Positions 53,138 to 62,060 of a stretch of 64,000 nucleotides of DNA are shown in pieces (positions within the stretch are counted from its first letter, which is position 1; every line of letters begins with the position of its first letter). The stretch comes from an uncultured Actinomycetes bacterium (GTDB lineage: Bacteria; Actinomycetota; Acidimicrobiia; IMCC26256; PALSA-555), in assembly GCA_963731625.1 (NCBI GenBank), contig CAVSWH010000023.1, forward strand, positions 96,174 to 160,173. Reading direction: 5' to 3'. The notes under the pieces are model-generated. The model was given only the letters and a program-made list of their open reading frames with translations. It ran no database searches and was not told where the DNA came from. A program made the translations under genes and the position numbers.

Positions 53138-53872
53138 ATGACGAACTCGCTGTGGTGGTACGTCGCCCGCGCCGGCGGGCTGGTGTCCTGGGCGCTGCTC
53201 GCCGCCGCGGTCCTCTGGGGGCTCGCGCTGCGCAGCCGCATCCTCGGGTCACGGCCGCGCCCGGCCTGGCTCCTCGACCTGCACCGCTACCTGGCGGCGA
53301 TCGCGGTCATCTTCGTCGGCGTCCACGTCGGCGCGATCCTCCTCGACGGCTACGTCCACTTCGACCTCGTCCAGGTGCTCATCCCGTTCACGAGCACCTG
53401 GCACCCCGGCGCCGTCGCCTGGGGCATCGTCGCCGCCTACCTGCTCCTCGCCGTCGAGCTCACGTCGCTGGCGCGGGCCCACCTCTCCCGGACGCTCTGG
53501 CGGCGCGTCCACTACGTGAGCTTCCCGCTCTTCGTCTTCGCGACGATCCACGCGCTCAGCGCGGGCACCGACCGCGCCACCTCCGCCTTCCAGATCGGGG
53601 TGTGGTCGGTGTGCGCGCTCGTCGCCCTGCTCACCGCGCTGCGGGCCCGGTCGGCCGCACCCGCCCGGCCCGCGGCCGCGGCCCGACGGCCCGCGCCCCG
53701 ACCGGGTGCGGGGTCCGTCGGCCTCGCGGCGCGCCCACCCGGGGCCCCGCGGCCGTCCGTGCCGCGTCGAGCGGTGACCGCACCGCGCCCGGCGACGCCT
53801 CGCGCGCCGGGCGCCACCCGCGCCGTCGTCCCGCCGCCGCGGCGGCAGGTGCCGGCGCAGCCCTCGGCCTAG
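53138..53872 (+). CDS. ferric reductase-like transmembrane domain protein (MsrQ/YedZ-like heme b protein)
   Basis: 244-aa ORF with six hydrophobic segments. Paired His residues sit in TM helices (LHRYLAAIAVIFVGVHVGAIL; HYVSFPLFVFATIHAL). The C-terminal tail is Pro/Ala/Arg-rich. Confidence 0.8.
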   Translation: MTNSLWWYVARAGGLVSWALLAAAVLWGLALRSRILGSRPRPAWLLDLHRYLAAIAVIFVGVHVGAILLDGYVHFDLVQVLIPFTSTWHPGAVAWGIVAAYLLLAVELTSLARAHLSRTLWRRVHYVSFPLFVFATIHALSAGTDRATSAFQIGVWSVCALVALLTALRARSAAPARPAAAARRPAPRPGAGSVGLAARPPGAPRPSVPRRAVTAPRPATPRAPGATRAVVPPPRRQVPAQPSA

Positions 53873-53888
53873 CCGCGGGGGTGGAGGA

Positions 53889-55523
53889 TCAGGACGGGCC
53901 GGGGAGGCGGACGACGGGCCCGTTCCCGGCGCACGCCGTCGTCGCGGTACGCGGCATCCAGACCGTCGCCGGCGCCGACCGGGTCCCGGTCCAGGGCTCG
54001 AGGATCGCGTCCTTCGGGAGCGCCCCGACGCGGCAGTAGTACCAGGCGAGCGACCCGGGCAGGAACGAGAAGACGCTCGGGCGGTCCATGACGATCGACG
54101 CGTACGCCCGAGACGCGACGAGCTGGCGCAGCGCGCGCCCGAGCGTCTGGTTCGACCCGCGGATATGGCCGCGCAGGATGTCGTCGAGCGCGGAGGACGG
54201 CGCCGTGGTCGACGCGCCGGGGTGCGCGGCGGGGAGCAGCCAGCTCTGCGAGGGCAGGTAGACGGGCTCGGGGAGCTTGGCGAGCGCGGCGACGAGGCGG
54301 TCGCCGGTCTGGGCGGCCGACGCCGACGGGATCTGGCGGAACGGGTTGTAGATGAGGAGGGCGAAGCCCACCAGCATCCCGGCGAGCGCCACCTGGGCCG
54401 CCCGGCGCCGCCGACCGGCCAGCTCGGGTCGCGTGAGCGCGTGGAGGCCGAGGCCGACCAGGAGCGCCACGGCCGCGTAGACGGGCAGGAGCACGTTGTT
54501 GTAGCCGCCGCTGTGCAGGCGCGCCGAGTAGCTGGCGAGCACCAGCCCGCCGGTCACGGGGATCCAGAACCAGCCGCGCTCGCCGCGCCGGCACGACCAG
54601 AGGCCGACGCCGGCGACGACGAGCGCGAGGACGAGCGGGCGCAGCAGGTCATGGGTCCAGAAGCTGACGTACACGCTCGGGATGAGGGCGTGCTGGCCGG
54701 CGAGGCGCAGCGTGTACTGGCTGAACCAGCCGCCGGTGGCGCGGTCGAAGGCAAGGATGACGGCGCCGACCGTGCCGCCGAAGGTGGCGCCGTAGACGAC
54801 CGCGAGGCGCCGGTCGCGGTGCCACAGGAACGGCAGCACCGCGAGCGCCGGCAGCAGCGCCGACTGCTTGGCGAAGAACGAGGCGGCGAGCACGAGGCCG
54901 GCGAGCACGGCGACACGCCACGTCCGCGTCTGGCGCACGACGACGAGGCCGACGAGCAGCAGCGCGACGAACAGCGTGTCGACGCGGGCGAGGTCGAGCC
55001 ACGCGCCGCTCAGGCGGAACGTCGCGGCGAAGACGCCGACCGCGCACACCGCGGCCCAGCGGTTGCGCGTCTCGATCCAGACCAGCCAGCCAAGAGCAGC
55101 GAACGCCACGAGAGACGCGGCGATCGACACGAGCCGCAGCGTCGAGAGGTGCACCCCGAGCACCCACGTCGCCGCGGCGGACACGTAGTAGTAGAGCGGC
55201 GTGTAGAGGAACGGTGTGAAGCGGACCGCGGGCGCGCTGTAGAGCGGCTGACCGTGGAGGACCCGCTGGACGTGCAGGAGCACGCCGCCCTCGAGCCACT
55301 CGAGCGGGTACGGGTAGTTGAAGCGGGCGAGCGCGACCGCGAGGTAGCAGGCGATGAACGCCAGCGCGGCGACGAGCACCCCGCCGCGCAGCAGCCGGTC
55401 GGTGCGGCTGGTCCCGGCCGGCCCGGCGTCGGGCCGCGGCACCGCCTTCGGGGGCGCGAGGGTGAGGGGGCGCAGCCCGTGGGGCGGCGCCGTCGGTGTC
55501 GCGACCGTGTCGCGGGCGGTCAC
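53889..55523 (-). CDS. GT-C fold membrane glycosyltransferase (ArnT/PMT-like)
   Basis: The GTG at 55521-55523 overlaps the upstream stop (GTGA). ARFNYPYPLEWLEGGVLLHVQRVLHGQPLYSAP ... FLYTPLYYYV is followed by more than 10 TM segments and a soluble C-terminal domain. Confidence 0.8.
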   Translation of the reverse strand: MTARDTVATPTAPPHGLRPLTLAPPKAVPRPDAGPAGTSRTDRLLRGGVLVAALAFIACYLAVALARFNYPYPLEWLEGGVLLHVQRVLHGQPLYSAPAVRFTPFLYTPLYYYVSAAATWVLGVHLSTLRLVSIAASLVAFAALGWLVWIETRNRWAAVCAVGVFAATFRLSGAWLDLARVDTLFVALLLVGLVVVRQTRTWRVAVLAGLVLAASFFAKQSALLPALAVLPFLWHRDRRLAVVYGATFGGTVGAVILAFDRATGGWFSQYTLRLAGQHALIPSVYVSFWTHDLLRPLVLALVVAGVGLWSCRRGERGWFWIPVTGGLVLASYSARLHSGGYNNVLLPVYAAVALLVGLGLHALTRPELAGRRRRAAQVALAGMLVGFALLIYNPFRQIPSASAAQTGDRLVAALAKLPEPVYLPSQSWLLPAAHPGASTTAPSSALDDILRGHIRGSNQTLGRALRQLVASRAYASIVMDRPSVFSFLPGSLAWYYCRVGALPKDAILEPWTGTRSAPATVWMPRTATTACAGNGPVVRLPGPS

Positions 55524-56737
55524 GGGACCGCGGCGAGCGTCATGAACGTCATCAGGCTCATGGCGAGCAGCGCGAGCGCGGAGAGGGTGAGCACCACTCT
55601 CCAGCGCCAGCCGCTCACCGACGCGGCGATGGCGATCACGGCGGGGAACGCGATGAACAGCGGGCGGGGCCGGTCGCCGACGTTGTAGGAGCTCGCGGCG
55701 AACAGGATCGTCCCGATCCCGAAGATCATGAGCTCGGCCGGCAGGCGCCGCTTCCACATCAGGTAGATGCCGATGCCTGCGAGCAGGAACCCGGTCGACC
55801 AGACGAGGTCGTTCAGGTCACCCTGCTGGACGCCGAGGTGGCCCGACTGCACGAAGTTCCAGAAGCGCTGCACGATCTGGAGCGTGAACCCGGAGTGGTC
55901 GTGCCACGTGCGGGTCTCGACGCGCAGCCAGTCGAGGAAGTGCCCGGTGAGCGCCCACTGGTACACGACGATGACGCCGGTGCCGGCGGCTGTGAGCGCC
56001 GGGGCGGCCCAGGGACGGCGCCCCTCTCCGCGCCGCCACGCCCGCCACGCGCACCATGCCGCGGCGAGCACCAGCACCGCGCCGGTCGGGCGCGTCATGG
56101 CGGCGACCGCGCCGAGCAGCCCGGCGAGCACCCAGCGCTGGCGGCGCATGGCGAGCAGCGCGCCCGCGGCGGCGGCGATGGTGAGCGCCTCGGTGTAGGC
56201 CATCGACAGGACGAACGCCCCGGGGAAGAAGCAGAACAGCGTCGCGGCCCGCATCGCGACCTTGTCGTCGAAGAGCTCGGCGGTGATGACGTAGATGAGG
56301 AGCGCCCCGATGGCACCGAACACGGTGGCGAGCACGACCGCGACGACGAGCGGCGAGCTGAAGCTGATCCACGACACGGCGCGGATGAGCCACGAGTAGA
56401 AGGGGAAGAAGGCGTAGCCCGCGTCGCCGCCGGGCGGGATCGCGGAGTGGTGGTAGCCGTGCTGAGCGATGTCGATGTACCAGGCGCCGTCCCAGCGGGC
56501 GAGGGTGCGCAGCAGCGCGATGTGGGGGCCGGGGATCTTGGGCCAGGGGCCGGCGCCGGGGTCCTTCGTGGCGAGCGTGGCGACGAACGCCGCGCCGAGC
56601 ACCAGCAGGCGCGACAGGGCGAAGCTGCGGAGGACTCGTCCGACCCAGTGCCGACGCTCGACCGCCGGTTCGACGACCGGCGGTGCGGCAGGGGTGGGGA
56701 GTGGTGCGGTGGGGCGCGGCGGCGCCGTGATCGTCAA
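55520..56737 (-). CDS. mannosyltransferase, PIG-V/GT76-like GT-C membrane protein
   Basis: 405-aa ORF. LARWDGAWYIDIAQHGY ... GYAFFPFYSWLIRAV is the block I recall for bacterial PIG-V-family mannosyltransferases. About 9 TM segments. Confidence 0.85.
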   Translation of the reverse strand: MTITAPPRPTAPLPTPAAPPVVEPAVERRHWVGRVLRSFALSRLLVLGAAFVATLATKDPGAGPWPKIPGPHIALLRTLARWDGAWYIDIAQHGYHHSAIPPGGDAGYAFFPFYSWLIRAVSWISFSSPLVVAVVLATVFGAIGALLIYVITAELFDDKVAMRAATLFCFFPGAFVLSMAYTEALTIAAAAGALLAMRRQRWVLAGLLGAVAAMTRPTGAVLVLAAAWCAWRAWRRGEGRRPWAAPALTAAGTGVIVVYQWALTGHFLDWLRVETRTWHDHSGFTLQIVQRFWNFVQSGHLGVQQGDLNDLVWSTGFLLAGIGIYLMWKRRLPAELMIFGIGTILFAASSYNVGDRPRPLFIAFPAVIAIAASVSGWRWRVVLTLSALALLAMSLMTFMTLAAVP

Positions 56738-56875
56738 GGCGTATGGGTGTGCTGTCAGTTCGGTCCCGGACCTGCGGCCGCGCGTTCCCCGGGGGCCGGG
56801 ACGCGAGAGGCGGCCGCAACCTAGGCGCGAATGCCCGGAATGTCCGCGCGGGGCGGCCGGGGAGGGGCTCGGGCG

Positions 56876-57484
56876 CTAGGCGGCCGCCGAGGCGGTGAGC
56901 ACGAGCAGGGTGGCGTTGCCGGACCGGTAGCGGCCGGTCGACCACGTCGGGGCGCCGAGCCCGGCGCGCGCCGCGTCCCGCTCGACCCGCTCCCGCCAGG
57001 CCGGCAGGGGCTCGTGCTTCTCGATCGCCCAGTCGTGGGTCAGCGACACGAAGCGCCCCCGGGGGGCGAGCACCCCGGCGACGCGAGTGAGCGCGACGTC
57101 GGGTGCGAAGCACTGGTGGCAGTTCACGGCGACCGCCCGGTCGAAGGGACCGAGGCTCGACTCGACGTCCTCGATCGGCCGGGCGAGCAGCTCGACCGCG
57201 GACCCGGCGGGGAGGCGCCGCGTGGCCGCCCGGACCATGACGGCCGACGGGTCGATCCCCACGACGCGTGCGTCCGGGACGCGCGCGAGCAGCTCGACGA
57301 GGCCGACGCCGGGCCCGAACCCGATGACGAGCACCCGGTCGCCGGGCTGGGACTCGAGCGCGTCGAGCGCGGCGCGCTCCATGTCCGCGTTCACCCGGGC
57401 CATGACCCGTGCCGCGACCCGCCCGGTGACCCCGTCGAACCCGCCCGGGCGTGGCGCACCGGGCGGGTCGGGTTCGTCAGGCAT
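56876..57484 (-). CDS. class I SAM-dependent methyltransferase
   Basis: 202-aa ORF. Motif I is RVLVIGFGPGVG, followed by VVGIDPS. Its ATG shares one base with the upstream cupin stop (TGATG). Confidence 0.8.
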   Translation of the reverse strand: MPDEPDPPGAPRPGGFDGVTGRVAARVMARVNADMERAALDALESQPGDRVLVIGFGPGVGLVELLARVPDARVVGIDPSAVMVRAATRRLPAGSAVELLARPIEDVESSLGPFDRAVAVNCHQCFAPDVALTRVAGVLAPRGRFVSLTHDWAIEKHEPLPAWRERVERDAARAGLGAPTWSTGRYRSGNATLLVLTASAAA

Positions 57485-58017
57485 CAGGGGTCGCGGCGCG
57501 CGCCGATCAGCGCGACGGCGACCGTCACGGGTTCGGAGGTGCGGTTGTGCCAGGCGTGGCGGGTCCCGTTCTGCACGACGCAGTCACCCGGCCGCAGGTG
57601 GACCTCCTGCCCGCCGTCGAGCTCGAGCCACACCTCGCCGCGCAGCACGATGTCGAAGTCGACCGTGTCCGTGGTGTGCATGCCCGGACGGTCCGGCTCC
57701 ATGACCTCGTCCATGCCCGGCAGCTTCGTGTGCAGCTCGGCCAGCGCGGCGCCGATGTCGAGGTCCTCGGGCATCGTCACCGAGTCCGGCCCGAGGGTGA
57801 AGAACCCGAACCGGAACCCGTCGGCGGGCGGGAAGTACCGCCAGGCCTCCGGTGCGGTTGCGTCGCTCGGCAGCTGGGCGGGCGCGTCGCGCGCCCACAT
57901 CTGGTGGAACTCGGCGCCGGGCACGACCGACACGGTGACAGGCTCCACCGCCTCGTCGGTGACGAACACCGACCGGCCCTGCGCGTCGTGACCGGTGACG
58001 ACTCGTCGTCGCTGCAT
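57484..58017 (-). CDS. cupin domain protein
   Basis: ATG at 58015-58017 (GGAG upstream) inside ORF 57484..58440. MHTTDTVDFDIVLRGEVWLELDGGQEVHLRPGDCVVQNGTRHAWHN is a typical cupin beta-barrel motif pair. Confidence 0.8.
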   Translation of the reverse strand: MQRRRVVTGHDAQGRSVFVTDEAVEPVTVSVVPGAEFHQMWARDAPAQLPSDATAPEAWRYFPPADGFRFGFFTLGPDSVTMPEDLDIGAALAELHTKLPGMDEVMEPDRPGMHTTDTVDFDIVLRGEVWLELDGGQEVHLRPGDCVVQNGTRHAWHNRTSEPVTVAVALIGARRDP

Positions 58018-58117
58018 CACCGTCTCCTTTCGACGACCGGAGGCTAGAGCGGGTCGAGGCGCGCCGGCCCGGCCGCGCCGACCAGGATGAGGGGGACCGG
58101 ACCGGAGGGAGCAGGCG

Positions 58118-58975
58118 ATGACGCGACGGGTGGCGTTCGTGACGGGAGCGAGCCGCGGGATCGGGAAGGCGTGCGCCGTACACCTCGCCCGCGCCGGCTT
58201 CGACGTGGCGGTGACGGCCCGGACGGTCCGGGACGGCGAGGAGCGGGAGCACTCGTCGACGGTGCGGCGCTCCAACACGCGGCCGCTGCCCGGCAGCCTC
58301 ACGGCGACGGCCGAGGACGTGCGCGCCGCCGGCCAGGAGGCGCTCGTCTTGCCGGCCGACCTCCTCGACCGGGCGTCGCTCGGCGCCGCGGTCGCGACCG
58401 TGCAGGAGCGCTGGGGCGGCGTCGACGTGCTCGTGAACAACGGGCGCTACATCGGACCGGGCCACATGGACCATTTCCTCGACACGCCGACCGGGCTGCT
58501 CGACCAGCACCTCGAGGCGAACGTGATGGCGCCGCTCGTGCTGCTGCGCGCCTGTCTGCCGGGCATGGTCGCCCGCGGCCGTGGGCTCGTAGCGAACATC
58601 ACCTCGAGCGTCGCGTGGATGGACCCGCCGGCCCCGGCGGGCGAGGGCGGCTGGGGCCTCGGCTACGCGATGTCGAAGGGCGCGCTGCACCGGGTCGCCG
58701 GGCTCGTGCAGCTCGAGCTCGCCGGCAGCGGCGTCGCGCTCGTGAACGTCGACCCGGGCTTCATCGCCACCGAGCGCATGGCCCAGGACATGGCCGAGTT
58801 CGGCTTCGACGCGTCGGCGGGCGCGCCGCCCGACGTCATCGGCGCCGTCGTGGCGTGGCTCGCCGGTAACGGCCACGCGACCGAGTGGGCCGGTGGGGTG
58901 GTGCCCGGCCAGCGGCTCTGCCACGAGGAGGGCCTGCTCCCCGGCTGGGCCGGGCCGGTCCCGAACCCGGTGTGA
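58118..58975 (+). CDS. SDR family oxidoreductase
   Basis: 285-aa ORF. VAFVTGASRGIGKA (TGxxxGxG), NNG, and the catalytic YAMSKGAL (YxxxK). Confidence 0.92.
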   Translation: MTRRVAFVTGASRGIGKACAVHLARAGFDVAVTARTVRDGEEREHSSTVRRSNTRPLPGSLTATAEDVRAAGQEALVLPADLLDRASLGAAVATVQERWGGVDVLVNNGRYIGPGHMDHFLDTPTGLLDQHLEANVMAPLVLLRACLPGMVARGRGLVANITSSVAWMDPPAPAGEGGWGLGYAMSKGALHRVAGLVQLELAGSGVALVNVDPGFIATERMAQDMAEFGFDASAGAPPDVIGAVVAWLAGNGHATEWAGGVVPGQRLCHEEGLLPGWAGPVPNPV

Positions 58976-58985
58976 CGCGCCCCGC

Positions 58986-59783
58986 TCAGCGGGTGAGCCC
59001 GGCCGCGCGGTCGGGCACGACCGCGTACCCGTCCGGGGAGGGGCGGAGGTAGCCGTCGTCGGGTGGGCGCGCCGGGAACGACTCGATCGGCTGGGGCACC
59101 GGCTGGTACGGCACGACGCTCAGCAGGTGCGCGATGCAGTTGATCCGGGCGGCGCGCTTGTCGTCGGCCTCGACCGTGTACCAACGGCACTCGGGGATGT
59201 CCGTGCGCTCGAACATGGCGTCCTTGGCGCGCGAGTAGTCCACGTAGCGCTGCCGGGACTCGAGGTCGATCGGGCTCAGCTTCCAGCGCTTCAGCGGATC
59301 GTGGAGGCGGGCCTGGAAGCGGCGCTCCTGCTCCTCGTCGGAGACCGAGAACCAGTACTTGACGAGCAGCAGCCCGTCGTCGACGAGGAGCCGCTCGAAC
59401 GTCGGGCACTGGCGCAGGAAGCGCGCGTACTCCTCGTCGGTGCAGAAACCCATGACGTGCTCGACGCCCGCCCGGTTGTACCAGGAGCGGTCGAACAGGA
59501 CGATCTCGCCGGCGGCGGGGAGGTGCTCGACGTAGCGCTGGAAGTACCACTGGGTGCGGCGACGATCGGACGGCACACCGAGCGCGACGGCGCCCGCGTA
59601 GCGGGGGTTGAGGTGCTGCAGGACCCGGGCGATGACGCCGCCCTTGCCGGCGGCGTCGCGTCCCTCGAAGAGCACGGCGAGGCGCGCGCCGCGCTCGCGG
59701 ATCCACGCCTGCATCGCGACGAGCTCCGTCTCGAGGCGCTGCATCTCCTGCTGGTACACGTGCCGAGGCAGCCGCGCCGCCAT
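58986..59783 (-). CDS. ppk2: polyphosphate kinase 2
   Basis: 265-aa ORF. Walker A FEGRDAAGKGG, plus the PPK2 blocks YFQRYVEHLP, LFDRSWYNR and KRWKLSPIDLES. Confidence 0.93.
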   Translation of the reverse strand: MAARLPRHVYQQEMQRLETELVAMQAWIRERGARLAVLFEGRDAAGKGGVIARVLQHLNPRYAGAVALGVPSDRRRTQWYFQRYVEHLPAAGEIVLFDRSWYNRAGVEHVMGFCTDEEYARFLRQCPTFERLLVDDGLLLVKYWFSVSDEEQERRFQARLHDPLKRWKLSPIDLESRQRYVDYSRAKDAMFERTDIPECRWYTVEADDKRAARINCIAHLLSVVPYQPVPQPIESFPARPPDDGYLRPSPDGYAVVPDRAAGLTR

Positions 59784-59862
59784 CGACTCAACCTACCCGC
59801 CACGTCGCGCGCCGGTTCCGTGCCGATGCCTCCGTCCGAAAGGGCACCGGTATCGTGGGTGC

Positions 59863-60423
59863 ATGCGTCGTTCGTGGCTCGTGGTCGGCATCGCGGCGCT
59901 CACCGTCATGCTCGCCGCGTGCGGCTCGTCGTCGTCCACGTCGTTGAAGCCGGAGGGGCCGAACTCCCCGGTCGCGACGGTCGCGCCCCGGCCGTCCGGG
60001 CCGGACCCGTCGGCGTCCTCGAAGATGGTGTGCGCGTCGGAGGCCCAGCAGGAGCTCGCCTCGAGCCTCGGGGTCACCCCGACCCAGGTCACGACGCCGA
60101 CCTGGGTGGACCACGACTACAGCTGCACCTACGTCTACCCGGACGGCTCCTTCACCCTGTCGGTGAAGGAGCTGGACAGCGCGGCGCTCACGGCCGGCTA
60201 CTTCAACGCGCTCGCGGCGCTGGACGGCCGCCAGGCCGGTCTCGCCCTCGCGGCCGGCGCGTTCGTGACCACGAACGGCTCGGTGGTGGCCCGCAAGGAC
60301 TGGAAGGTGCTGTTCGTCGACGTGTCCCATCTGCCGCCGTCGTTCGGGAATCCGCCCCAGGACCAGAAGGACACCGCGATCAGCATCGCGGCCACGATCC
60401 TGTCGTGCTGGAGCGGCGCCTAA
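59863..60423 (+). CDS. lipoprotein, function unknown
   Basis: ATG at 59863 inside ORF 59608..60423. Signal plus classical lipobox: MRRSWLVVGIAALTVMLAAC-GSSSS. Confidence 0.7.
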   Translation: MRRSWLVVGIAALTVMLAACGSSSSTSLKPEGPNSPVATVAPRPSGPDPSASSKMVCASEAQQELASSLGVTPTQVTTPTWVDHDYSCTYVYPDGSFTLSVKELDSAALTAGYFNALAALDGRQAGLALAAGAFVTTNGSVVARKDWKVLFVDVSHLPPSFGNPPQDQKDTAISIAATILSCWSGA

Positions 60424-60448
60424 CCCTTTCGGGTGGTGGCGAGGGCGG

Positions 60449-62014
60449 TCAGGACTTGCTGGGCAGCACCCGGAACGCGCCGCGCATGAACGGGTGGATG
60501 CGACAGAAGTACGTGTAGGTGCCGGGCGGCAGGTTGCGCGGCACCGACCAGGTGACCGCGCCGGAGGCGGGCGGGCCGCCGTGGCCCAGCTCGGCGGAGT
60601 CGAACTGGATCTTGGCGTTCGGGATCGGGTAGGCGATGCCGAACGACGCGTCACAGGGCGCGGCGCACGCGGTGATCGTGTGGTAGATGCCCTTCGACGC
60701 GTCGTCGTTGCGGAAGGTCAGCGTCCCGCCCTGCACGATCGCGGGAACCGTCGTGTTGCCGGCGGCCATGTTCCCCTGCGCGTACGCGAAGTCCATGATG
60801 GGGATGACGGTCCCGGACGGGACGACGCGCGACGACGCCTTCGTCAGGTCCGTGTAGTCGCTCGAGCGCTTCCCGCCGTGCTGGTCGTTCTCCGACAGGT
60901 GGCCGTGGGTGAGCTCACCGCTGGCGTCGACCGGGTGCGCGAACGGGTTCGTGCCGCCGCTCGTGACGCCCGGCGCCATCCACACCACCATGATCCCCAT
61001 CGACTCGTACCACGACGCGTCCTTCGTGTCGTAGGTGGTGCTGATCGACAGCACGTCACCCTTCTGCACCGTCGGGCGCCACGACGACGGCGTCCCGGTC
61101 ACGGCGAAGTCCCACGACACCTTCCCCGCCGGCTCGAAGTAGTCCGCGACCGACTCGAAGAGGTGCACCGTGTCCGACGAGCCGGGCTTGGCCTTCCCCC
61201 GGGGCGCGTGCGCGCCCGCCCGGGTGAGCCACAGGTCGTCGTGCATCCCGCCCGGGTGGACGTGGCCCGCCGTCGTGAGCAGCACGCCGTCCTCGGGGAC
61301 CACCCACTCGTTCTTGGCGATGCCGGCCGGGTACGGGTCGCTGGCGTCGTCCGGGTAGGTGAACTGGCCGTCCTTGCCGTGGCCCTTCAGCGCGTTGAAC
61401 ACCGGGTACCCGGAGCCGTTCTGCACGTCCATCCAGATCGGGATGGCCGGCTTCAGGTTCGTGGCCATCGGCGACGTCGCCGGGATGAGGTCGATGTCGT
61501 AGGTGATCCAGACCTGGTCGGGCGTCGCCAGGTTGTTGTGGAGCATCCAGTTCAGGACCCACGAATCCGAGGTGTGGTACGCGTACCCGTACCCGGCGGG
61601 CAGCGACATGATCGTCTTCTCCTCGCCGGCGGCGAAGAAGCGCTGCGGGCCCGGCTCCGTCGAATCCTTCGCGGAGAAGTTGATCCACACCCCGTGGTGC
61701 AGATGGATGACGTTCACCGGCGGGACCGTTCCGTCGGCGCGGCGCAGGTTCGTCCGCATCCCGACGATGTAGCCGTCGACGGCCGGCTGGGGGATGCGAC
61801 GCGTGAAGCTGATGCTGTTCTGGCCGGGCCGCACGGTGAGGGGCCCGACCTCGTAGTGGAGCCGCTCCGCGCCCGCCGGCACCGGGTTGAGGTTGGCGAT
61901 CGGGTAGCGCGACGGCTGCTCGCCCGACGACGTCGTCGCCGACGCGGCCCCCGCCCCGACGGTGCCCACGGTCAAGACGATGGCCGCGAGGACCGTCCAC
62001 CCCCCACGCGGCAT
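60449..62014 (-). CDS. secreted copper protein: PHM/DBH-like putative monooxygenase region fused to a C-terminal amicyanin-like cupredoxin domain
   Basis: 521-aa ORF with signal peptide MPRGGWTVLAAIVLTVGTVGAGAASA. The C-terminus GTYTYFCRIHPFMRGAFRV closely parallels amicyanin GTYDYHCTPHPFMRGKVVV (Cys, His and Met ligands), with an upstream His in GIYHTITA. The N-terminal roughly 400 aa carry HH...H...HxH...M motifs (see findings). Confidence 0.85.
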   Translation of the reverse strand: MPRGGWTVLAAIVLTVGTVGAGAASATTSSGEQPSRYPIANLNPVPAGAERLHYEVGPLTVRPGQNSISFTRRIPQPAVDGYIVGMRTNLRRADGTVPPVNVIHLHHGVWINFSAKDSTEPGPQRFFAAGEEKTIMSLPAGYGYAYHTSDSWVLNWMLHNNLATPDQVWITYDIDLIPATSPMATNLKPAIPIWMDVQNGSGYPVFNALKGHGKDGQFTYPDDASDPYPAGIAKNEWVVPEDGVLLTTAGHVHPGGMHDDLWLTRAGAHAPRGKAKPGSSDTVHLFESVADYFEPAGKVSWDFAVTGTPSSWRPTVQKGDVLSISTTYDTKDASWYESMGIMVVWMAPGVTSGGTNPFAHPVDASGELTHGHLSENDQHGGKRSSDYTDLTKASSRVVPSGTVIPIMDFAYAQGNMAAGNTTVPAIVQGGTLTFRNDDASKGIYHTITACAAPCDASFGIAYPIPNAKIQFDSAELGHGGPPASGAVTWSVPRNLPPGTYTYFCRIHPFMRGAFRVLPSKS

Positions 62015-62060
62015 GACTGCACGGTAACACCGGCCCCAGACGCCTCTTCCACGCGCGGGG

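Noticed and set aside
52945-53241. 98-aa minus ORF with an acidic Leu/Asp-rich C-terminus overlapping the start of the ferric-reductase-like gene.
   Set aside because: It overlaps the well-supported 53138 start by about 100 nt, has an Arg-rich N-terminal half and no RBS. It is kept only as the competing reading in the finding on the 52624-53137 gap.
56780-56830. Two GCGGCCGC (NotI-type) palindromes about 40 nt apart between the PIG-V-like gene and the methyltransferase gene, considered as a repeat or operator pair.
   Set aside because: Eight-base all-GC palindromes are expected by chance at this base composition. The flanks show no extended symmetry.
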